From positions 1 to 40,624 of IMG/VR virus record IMGVR_UViG_3300019877_000003: DNA of 40,624 nucleotides; one strand, written 5' to 3'. Source of the DNA: a virus (lineage: Duplodnaviria > Caudoviricetes). A program made the position numbers and the translations under genes. Below, one piece after another: positions 10,077 to 17,625 of the stretch. The notes beneath the pieces are model-generated. The model was not told the DNA's origin, did not search any database, and saw nothing but the letters and a program-made list of their open reading frames with translations. Position 1 is the first letter of the stretch, and every line of letters begins with the position of its first letter.

Positions 10077-12985
10077 GATGTCATAGGCCCTGGGCTTACA
10101 GTGAATTGCATACCATGTAATACTATTTCATCTTGAGCTAAATCAAAGTCTAACATTTGTTCCTGGCTCAACGTAATACCTATCTGGAAAGTATCTCCTT
10201 GCAAACTTGTATTCACCCTATGCCAGATCTGTTGCATACCTTGTCCAACTAATGTTTGTAGGTTAACATTCGAAGGAGTTAATCCAATATTTGTACTTTC
10301 TAAACATGTATGAAGAATTTGGGTATATATTAATCCGTTAGGTTCACCAGCATATATACGATTATTCCAAGGATCATCTGCATCTTGACTAAGATATATG
10401 TTAAGGGTTACTTGACCACTATACGTTTTATCCATCAGATACTTTTGTACACCAACCCTAACTTGCCTTCCTTGTTCCCAATAAAATGGAAACTGCCTTG
10501 TTTGAAGAAATGGCTGAGATAATCTTCTGAATTCTCCTCCGCCTACATAATCATTAGCTACAAAAAGTGAATTTATAACAAAATTATTGGCATCAATTAT
10601 CTTAAGTACTGAATAAACCTTATTATTCAAAGTAGATGAATTTGTCCCTACACATCCTTCAATATATATAAAATCTGGAGCAGATGTATTAGGATTCAAG
10701 CTTTGTAGGCAATGATTATAAGAGGTAACTTGAGTATTTCCGTTACCATCATTTGCTAATGCTGAAATACTTCCTGATAAACATTCTCCAGTACCAACGC
10801 TTTGAATGATTACATAACCTTGTGGATTACCAGCAATTACCTGTATCTCATAATCTGTTTCTGTACCTGTATTCCATGGATCTGTCCATTGATCCCAACT
10901 AGAATATGGAAGAGTTGCCCATGTTACAGTATCGTTTGCTCTATAGTTTCCTTTGCATGTGTAGTTTTCGTAGAAAACAGCCCATGTATTATCTCTATAA
11001 TTGAAGAAAAATGACTGTGTAGGGAATTTCCAACGACTGTCATCTACAGGATAAGAGAATGTAATCCATTCATTAATATAATCTCGGATTGCATTTACTC
11101 TTTGAGCGCCATTGTTGTTCTTCTGAATCTGGAAAACAGAATTAGGAATATCTAAGTCTATTCTTTGAGCGCTTTGTTGATCCGTTATGCAGATACCAAA
11201 GCTACCAATATCTATCGCACCTTTATCTAGAACAACACTTGAAAAAGTAGATGTAGATGGTAGTTCAGAGTTAATGTTATAGAAAAGAAACGGTTGGAAA
11301 TCGTTTCCAGTATATGCAAATCTGGTTTTTCTTCCATTGCCTCCAAATCCTACTAAAAGAACGTCTTCATTGTTTGTTACTGTTTGGATTGGTTGAGATA
11401 TACCAGCAGGCAAATATCCCCCAAGTCCTGTCTGGTCTACATAATAAGCATTAACTGCAAATGTCTGATTATTTGGAACCAATGAATTATAAAATGGTGT
11501 TCCGTTCCAACTCCAAATAACCGTATCTTGCAATTGTATAGGGGTTGTTGAGGGACTTATTTGAACATACGGACTAAAGAAAAGAAGTCTATCTTTATAA
11601 GGAACGATCGCTAAAGCACCAACTAGATAATATAGATCAGAAGGAAGACCGTTAATAGAAACGGAGGTTCCAGTTAAAGGAGGAGCGAAATTAACCCATC
11701 CAGTTGCTGGTGCTACTGTTGGTATACCTGTTCCACCTGTAGGATCTCCATCATACCAACGAATACCATCTTGACCTGCAACTGAATTAGTTAGAAGTTG
11801 TACTAAACCTGAATTATTTATAGTAGCTGCACTTGTATCAACGGGGATAGTAAATGTTGTGGCTCCTGTCCTTGTTGCTGTAAAGACCAATTGATTAATT
11901 AAAGCAGCATCTGCCCCTGTTATATTATTAAACCAAACTTGATCTCCTGTTTGAACATTATTTGGATTTGTTGTAGTGGTAATAACTGTTGGATTTGCAG
12001 CAGTGATTGCGCTAATTGTATATCCATGAAATCCTGGAACATTGTTGGTAGCCCAGAAAGCACCTGATTGATTTACTGTAGTACTTGGATAATTCGTAGA
12101 CCAAAACTGTTGGTAGTCTTGTCCTGTCCACACAACTGGATTTCCTGTAGTCTTGTAATAACTTACTGAATAAAACGATGCATTTACGGCAACTTGATTG
12201 CATTGATAAGAATAAGTTGTATCAAAAGCTATTAGTAAAGGATAATTTGAAAATGATGTTGATGAAGTAAAATCTCTTTCTCCCATTACAGGAAGACCAG
12301 GAAAATAATCGAAAAATACATATGCTGTTCCAGCACCAGCACCTATTAAAGTAAAAGCACCGGATGCATAATTTATCTGTCCACTTCCTGATGGAGTTCC
12401 TGTAAGAACACCAGTAGAAGAATTATCGGTATAGACATTTCCTTTATATGCAATCGTTATACTTCCTGGAACTAACGAAGCTCCAGAAGTAGCAGAAACA
12501 AAATTGAGTAAATTCCCTATACCATTTCCAGCGCTATTAGTAACTGTTATTGGACCATAATCATATGATTTTTGCAGCGACACTCCAAATGCTATTCCAC
12601 CGCCTGAATATACTCCAAATGCTGTTGAATTAACGTTTATGGTTATAGTAGTAGAACTTACTGCCGTAATGGTATAAGTATTTCCATTCAATTGTGTCAT
12701 TCCTGACACACCACTAATTTGTATTGTCTGACCATTAACGAAAGTATTATTTGCAGTCAAGACGGCAGATGCTGCATTTGTGGCCCCAGTTATATTAGCA
12801 TGAATACTACTTTCAATCTGTCTTTCAAGACGACCAAGTTTAACAGTACCTCTTTTACGCAAAGCACGGCCACGCCAAACATACATATTGAATAGATAGG
12901 TGAATGAGTCATTGTCTTGGTTAAACGCTGTTGTTGCGTCGTTTAAACCTTTCCTGAAGTTACCGATATAGATTTGATCAGGCAT
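10073..12985 (-). CDS. Large tail protein (P22 gp10/T7 tubular B-like position) with inserted E1-FCCH-like beta domains
   Basis: 970 aa, beta-rich; N-terminal GRALRKRGT motif; three IT/ISxxT...GxxxLN...T repeats. Confidence 0.6.
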   Translation of the reverse strand: MPDQIYIGNFRKGLNDATTAFNQDNDSFTYLFNMYVWRGRALRKRGTVKLGRLERQIESSIHANITGATNAASAVLTANNTFVNGQTIQISGVSGMTQLNGNTYTITAVSSTTITINVNSTAFGVYSGGGIAFGVSLQKSYDYGPITVTNSAGNGIGNLLNFVSATSGASLVPGSITIAYKGNVYTDNSSTGVLTGTPSGSGQINYASGAFTLIGAGAGTAYVFFDYFPGLPVMGERDFTSSTSFSNYPLLIAFDTTYSYQCNQVAVNASFYSVSYYKTTGNPVVWTGQDYQQFWSTNYPSTTVNQSGAFWATNNVPGFHGYTISAITAANPTVITTTTNPNNVQTGDQVWFNNITGADAALINQLVFTATRTGATTFTIPVDTSAATINNSGLVQLLTNSVAGQDGIRWYDGDPTGGTGIPTVAPATGWVNFAPPLTGTSVSINGLPSDLYYLVGALAIVPYKDRLLFFSPYVQISPSTTPIQLQDTVIWSWNGTPFYNSLVPNNQTFAVNAYYVDQTGLGGYLPAGISQPIQTVTNNEDVLLVGFGGNGRKTRFAYTGNDFQPFLFYNINSELPSTSTFSSVVLDKGAIDIGSFGICITDQQSAQRIDLDIPNSVFQIQKNNNGAQRVNAIRDYINEWITFSYPVDDSRWKFPTQSFFFNYRDNTWAVFYENYTCKGNYRANDTVTWATLPYSSWDQWTDPWNTGTETDYEIQVIAGNPQGYVIIQSVGTGECLSGSISALANDGNGNTQVTSYNHCLQSLNPNTSAPDFIYIEGCVGTNSSTLNNKVYSVLKIIDANNFVINSLFVANDYVGGGEFRRLSQPFLQTRQFPFYWEQGRQVRVGVQKYLMDKTYSGQVTLNIYLSQDADDPWNNRIYAGEPNGLIYTQILHTCLESTNIGLTPSNVNLQTLVGQGMQQIWHRVNTSLQGDTFQIGITLSQEQMLDFDLAQDEIVLHGMQFTVSPGPMTS

Positions 12986-13684
12986 TTAGTTTCCTATTGC
13001 AAACCAGTAAAAACCAGTATATTGTGAAGAGCCAGAATTGAATCTATAATTAAATGCTGTTTCAGATAAAGACGCTCTATCAATAGATAACGACCCCACA
13101 CCACTTGGAACTGTAGTAGCATATTGAGGTACAGTTAAAACGATAAAACATGTGTTAGGAAAAGGTATTGCTCCCGTTACTCTGTTTTTAAAAGTAACTG
13201 TACCGGCTGCATTTCCCCCTGTAAAAGTTCCACTGGTAGCAGTTGCTTGTCCAGCCCTTCCCCATTGTAGAAGAACTCCTCCGATCCATTGCCAACCATC
13301 TTCATTATCTCCTAAACTGAAACCGCTTAATTGAGAAATTATATTACTTCCAGTTAGGTTAAACAATTGTGTATCTGCTGTTCCTCCAGCTGTATTTGGA
13401 GTATATAGACCTGTTAAAAGTTGATTAATTCCTGAAACAGCAGCCGGTATATTTGCATATGTAGCACCAACTCCTGATCTAGTTAAATTCTGTGATTGTG
13501 AAGCTGAACCAGATGCCATCTGATGAATGACCTTATGATAACCACCATTTGGTATATCAAAACCAATATGATCTTCAGCAATTATTCCATCGATACTCTG
13601 AGTATTTTGAAGCATATCAGGCTGATCATTCTTCGGAGCATTATTGGCATTTGGTACTGAATCAGTGTATGGATATGTAGCCAC
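12986..13684 (-). CDS. Tail protein with gp53-like C-terminal domain
   Basis: GWQWIGGVLLQWG...VTF...FPNTCF...FYWFAIGN signature. Confidence 0.65.
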   Translation of the reverse strand: MATYPYTDSVPNANNAPKNDQPDMLQNTQSIDGIIAEDHIGFDIPNGGYHKVIHQMASGSASQSQNLTRSGVGATYANIPAAVSGINQLLTGLYTPNTAGGTADTQLFNLTGSNIISQLSGFSLGDNEDGWQWIGGVLLQWGRAGQATATSGTFTGGNAAGTVTFKNRVTGAIPFPNTCFIVLTVPQYATTVPSGVGSLSIDRASLSETAFNYRFNSGSSQYTGFYWFAIGN

Positions 13685-13686
13685 TA

Positions 13687-15090
13687 TTAAACTCCTGAAG
13701 AATTATTGTAATTGTGATTTCCTAAAGAATGATTCTGAGAATAGATTGTCTCAGTTCTTGTAGAAGTAAATTGTCTTTGACTTCTTTTCCAAACAAGCGA
13801 CTCTTGCTCTAAAAATATTGGTTGGTAGAACATATATTGTTCTGTATCCATTGTATCTGACAGAATCTTTTGAGCTGCACCTCTCGCAATATATTCTGTC
13901 ATGTAACCAAATGGAATTGCTTGTGATGTACTCAAAAATGCAGCGGGAGTTAAATATGCTTCCATCTCAATGAGATACTGAGTATCTGGGGGAGGCATCA
14001 TTGTAATAATGTTGTTGAAATAAAGAATTGATCTTGGAATTCCTTGTTCAACAAAATAGCACTGAACATTAATAGGAGTTCCGGATGGAATCGGAGAAGG
14101 AAAGTTTATATTTGTAGCCACACCCGTATTGTAATTTATTAAATTTGAAAATGATGTTGCTGTTCCACCTGAAGTATATGCTGTAAAAGAAGTAGAATCG
14201 ACATCTATAGTCACTGTTGTTCCTGAATTACTAACCACAGTGTAATAATTATCGTTAAGTTCAGTCATTCCGTTAACTGCAGTTATCTGAATTGTTTGAC
14301 CTACAACAAAATTACTTGTTATTGTCAGAACAGCTTGTGATGCTTGGGTTATTCCTGTAATTCCAAATGAATTAACATAACCATTCGATGGCTGTTGATT
14401 ACCCAACGGTGCATTACCAGGATACATTAATAATCCATATAAATTTCCATCTGTGTTGCTAGATAAGAATTGTCCGCTATCTGCTACGACAATATTCTGA
14501 CCATTCGATCCTGTTGCAGTGAAATAAACCGCTGAATAAACGCTAGTTGTTGGAACATTCAAGTTTAATGTGGTTCCAAGTATTGGATCGGAAGGTGTTG
14601 ATGGTGGCGTTACACTTGCCATAATACCAGTAATATCTACGTGACCTGGAATGGCAGGAAAGAAGGGTAGATTAAGATTATAATTAGTCCCTCCATTTCC
14701 TGTCCCGACTTGAATTTGCTGTTGAACGTAAGTTGGCCACAGATTATTAAATGATCTCATTTGAGTAGAGAAACCCAATTGAATACCATTCGCTGTACAA
14801 TTACCCGTGAATCCTTGATATACTGGGTAGGAAGCAATGACATTACTTGTAGGCTGCTGAGGACTTGGAGATACTTGAACACTGTAAAGAGGCATGTTAT
14901 ATTGATCAACACCCGGAGTGGTCTGAAACTGATATTTGGTTTTGAAATCAAATAACTGCATCCTAGCATCGATGTCTGATATCCAAAATCTATTGATGTA
15001 ATCAATGATTAGATTATCGGTTAATACGATATTAGATGGAGTTTTGACTATCCTACGGATGTATGTGATGACATCATTCAATATAAACAT
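13687..15090 (-). CDS. Head-tail adaptor/tail tubular A-like protein with FCCH-like insertion
   Basis: Helical N- and C-termini (VITYIRRIV...IIDYINRF; EYIARGAAQKIL) flanking beta-rich insert. Confidence 0.55.
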   Translation of the reverse strand: MFILNDVITYIRRIVKTPSNIVLTDNLIIDYINRFWISDIDARMQLFDFKTKYQFQTTPGVDQYNMPLYSVQVSPSPQQPTSNVIASYPVYQGFTGNCTANGIQLGFSTQMRSFNNLWPTYVQQQIQVGTGNGGTNYNLNLPFFPAIPGHVDITGIMASVTPPSTPSDPILGTTLNLNVPTTSVYSAVYFTATGSNGQNIVVADSGQFLSSNTDGNLYGLLMYPGNAPLGNQQPSNGYVNSFGITGITQASQAVLTITSNFVVGQTIQITAVNGMTELNDNYYTVVSNSGTTVTIDVDSTSFTAYTSGGTATSFSNLINYNTGVATNINFPSPIPSGTPINVQCYFVEQGIPRSILYFNNIITMMPPPDTQYLIEMEAYLTPAAFLSTSQAIPFGYMTEYIARGAAQKILSDTMDTEQYMFYQPIFLEQESLVWKRSQRQFTSTRTETIYSQNHSLGNHNYNNSSGV

Positions 15091-15266
15091 TACTTTTTAC
15101 CAACCTTAAGACCTTTTTTTCGAGCTTCTGAAAGGGCAATTGCAATCCCTTGCTTTGGATTAGTTACTAATGGGCCTTTTTTTGAACCACTATGTAATTT
15201 TCCTTCTTTCATTTCATGCATTACTTTACCAATTTTCTTTTCTGCTTTCTTGGATTCTTTAGCCAT
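15090..15266 (-). CDS. DUF6496-like small basic protein, 58 aa
   Basis: KIGKVMHEMKEGKLHSGSKKGPLVTNPKQGIAIALSEARK signature; not in ORF track; TAATG-coupled. Confidence 0.75.
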   Translation of the reverse strand: MAKESKKAEKKIGKVMHEMKEGKLHSGSKKGPLVTNPKQGIAIALSEARKKGLKVGKK

Positions 15267-15367
15267 TACTTTGCCTTTTTCTTCATGTCTTTTGTAGCCA
15301 TTTTTTCTTTAACAGCTTCGACCATTACTTTTTTCTTTTCTTTTTTATGTTCTTTATTGCCTTTCAT
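15266..15367 (-). CDS. Small Lys-rich protein, 33 aa
   Basis: MKGNKEHKKEKKKVMVEAVKEKMATKDMKKKAK; SD GAGG; coupled to next gene. Confidence 0.5.
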   Translation of the reverse strand: MKGNKEHKKEKKKVMVEAVKEKMATKDMKKKAK

Positions 15368-15375
15368 AATTTCCT

Positions 15376-15987
15376 CTAAAAGTTAGTTTTTCCCATGAAG
15401 ATCGATTTTTGTTCTATTGCTGGATATGCATCCAATCTTTGAACTGCTGTATCTACTGCCATAGTTCCATAGTATTGTCCCATTTGGTCAGAACCTGCGT
15501 TAGTAGTATCCTTCATAACTAGTTTATGATACTTACTACCCTTGATTCTTTCAGCTACCATACGTGGCGCCCAAACTGGTTTATTTACTGGAACTACCCA
15601 GCTTTCGACATTCGTTCCCGGGAACTTTTTTAAATCAAATTCAATTGATTCGCCAATGATTTCATTGTTTTGAGCAACAAATCTTACGTACTCTTTTTGG
15701 AACTCATATTCAGCTCTAAACTTCTCATTGAACTTCTCTCTTTCTCCTGTTTTTGGGTTAACTCCAGGAGGAAAAGATCTCTTTGGCTTTAAATAAATAT
15801 CTTTAGATTTTTCTAGTTCATTTTGAGATAATTTAGTTTGTTGATCGACTTCTTTAGTAGGGGCTTGATTCATTCTATCTAATGTCATAGATTTAACTTC
15901 TGAATCAAACTTATCAAATTGATCAATTGCTTTATCGAGTTCTCTTTGACCTTCGCTATTTACTTTTGGTCTTTTGTTTTCTGTCAT
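15376..15987 (-). CDS. Hypothetical protein (head assembly region)
   Basis: 203 aa ORF with SD GAGGT. Confidence 0.6.
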   Translation of the reverse strand: MTENKRPKVNSEGQRELDKAIDQFDKFDSEVKSMTLDRMNQAPTKEVDQQTKLSQNELEKSKDIYLKPKRSFPPGVNPKTGEREKFNEKFRAEYEFQKEYVRFVAQNNEIIGESIEFDLKKFPGTNVESWVVPVNKPVWAPRMVAERIKGSKYHKLVMKDTTNAGSDQMGQYYGTMAVDTAVQRLDAYPAIEQKSIFMGKTNF

Positions 15988-15996
15988 AAATTACCT

Positions 15997-16416
15997 CTAT
16001 GAAATGTTAATGAAGCTACCCGGGATATACGTTCCATTGTTCGTTCTCCCTTTATTTATGGCTCCTGTATTTATATCCCCAATGGCCAATATTTGGGGTT
16101 GTGTTGTAGCTGATGATGTTTGAAATGCATCTACATTTCTGGATGAGTCTATATCTAATACAACTTGAGTAGTTGAGGGTATTGATATTACAAATCCAGT
16201 CTTTTCGTTTAGTTGTCTACATCCGTTAGTTGGAGGGATGATTAACCTACATTCTTGTCCTATCACATAATCTTGGTTAGCTGTTGTTGTTACTGTAGTC
16301 GTTTGACCAAGTGTTATATTGGATATGAAAAAGAACTTAGGTTGGTAATATTCTGTATGAATTGGCACGTTATTATAAGCTGCTATTGGACCAACGTAAG
16401 GATATGGAAATGCCAT
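15997..16416 (-). CDS. Virion protein with one FCCH-like domain
   Basis: Paralogous to second domain of 16500-17615 (GQExxxxIP...QLN...AxGDxNTG). Confidence 0.6.
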   Translation of the reverse strand: MAFPYPYVGPIAAYNNVPIHTEYYQPKFFFISNITLGQTTTVTTTANQDYVIGQECRLIIPPTNGCRQLNEKTGFVISIPSTTQVVLDIDSSRNVDAFQTSSATTQPQILAIGDINTGAINKGRTNNGTYIPGSFINIS

Positions 16417-16443
16417 CTTTTACCTATTTATTTCTGAAAAACT

Positions 16444-16466
16444 CAATGTAAATCCGGCTTTACATT
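16444..16466. promoter_or_regulatory. 23-bp quasi-palindrome, copy 1 (putative operator)
   Basis: CAATGTAAATCCGGCTTTACATT; exact inverted copy at 19948-19970. Confidence 0.5.
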
Positions 16467-16493
16467 CAAAGGGTGGGATTTTATCCCCACCCT
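16467..16493 (-). terminator. Hairpin/terminator after capsid operon
   Basis: AGGGTGGG-8nt-CCCACCCT followed by a short T run. Confidence 0.5.
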
Positions 16494-16499
16494 AAATTA

Positions 16500-17615
16500 T
16501 CAATTCACAGACAAATCAGGCAACATAGCTTCATAGTATATGACTTGAGCAGCTGTCGGAGCTACTGTCGCACCAAAAATGAAACCTTGGCTTGTGTTAT
16601 TCACATAAGCACCCTGAATTGCTGGTCCATTAATTGTAGGTACCTGAGTTGTACCAAATGGTACAGCATAAGGAGAAGGATACAAATTGGAACCTGCACT
16701 AATCTGAACACCACCAGTATTAACATCACCAACCGCAACCATCTGAGGAAATTGCTCTCCGGGGAATGATGCAAATGCTTGGTTGCTGTTAAATGCTGTG
16801 TATCCAGTAGAGTTAATATTAACTACTACAGTGTTATAATCCGTTACCGCGACGACATATCCATAGATCGGAGATCCAGGAATAATGACGTTAGGTAATG
16901 AATTCAATTGGTATGTACCCCAAATAGTTGGAATACGGAAAGCAACTTCTTGACCAACAACTAGATTGTGAGCTGATGTTGTATCAATTGTTGTTGTTGT
17001 TCCAGTTGTAATTGCACTGATTACCGAAGTACCAGGAAAATATAAACTTGGATACAACACTTTCTTTACCAATGCGCCAGATGGAGAACCACTCAATGCA
17101 GTATAACCTGATTGGTTTGTATTCCAAGGAATTGTGAATGTATTAGCATCAACTACAGTAACAGTAAATGGCATTCCTGCAATTTGCTGCATACCAGTCG
17201 TTGTTGACTGATACAATCCTTGAAACACTACCACATCTCCACTAACCAATCCGTGAGCAGTTGCTACAACAGAAGCAGGGTTTGCTTTTGAAATAGAAAC
17301 AACTTGAACGGTTGGTCCATATTGAAGTGATAATCCTGCTGCATAAGTGCTAATACCACCACCAAGAACACTCGTAGTAGTAGCAGCAACCTGAGCCAAT
17401 GTTCCTGCTGTAACTACATCATAAACTCCAGCGCCTTGACCCATTGAAACATCCCAATACCCCTTCGTTACATATCCAGTTGCACCACCAGATGTCGAAG
17501 CTGTAAAGTTCCACCATTTTACCGTTTGCGGTTGAAAAGGTAGATTAATTGGAGCTGTTCCCCCCCCTGTCAAAGTGGTTACGTGACCTTTCGCGATTCT
17601 AGAATATTCAGCCAT
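16500..17615 (-). CDS. Putative capsid decoration protein with two FCCH-like domains
   Basis: Directly downstream of MCP, strong SD AGGAGG, beta-rich repeats. Confidence 0.6.
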   Translation of the reverse strand: MAEYSRIAKGHVTTLTGGGTAPINLPFQPQTVKWWNFTASTSGGATGYVTKGYWDVSMGQGAGVYDVVTAGTLAQVAATTTSVLGGGISTYAAGLSLQYGPTVQVVSISKANPASVVATAHGLVSGDVVVFQGLYQSTTTGMQQIAGMPFTVTVVDANTFTIPWNTNQSGYTALSGSPSGALVKKVLYPSLYFPGTSVISAITTGTTTTIDTTSAHNLVVGQEVAFRIPTIWGTYQLNSLPNVIIPGSPIYGYVVAVTDYNTVVVNINSTGYTAFNSNQAFASFPGEQFPQMVAVGDVNTGGVQISAGSNLYPSPYAVPFGTTQVPTINGPAIQGAYVNNTSQGFIFGATVAPTAAQVIYYEAMLPDLSVN

Positions 17616-17625
17616 AATACGCCTC

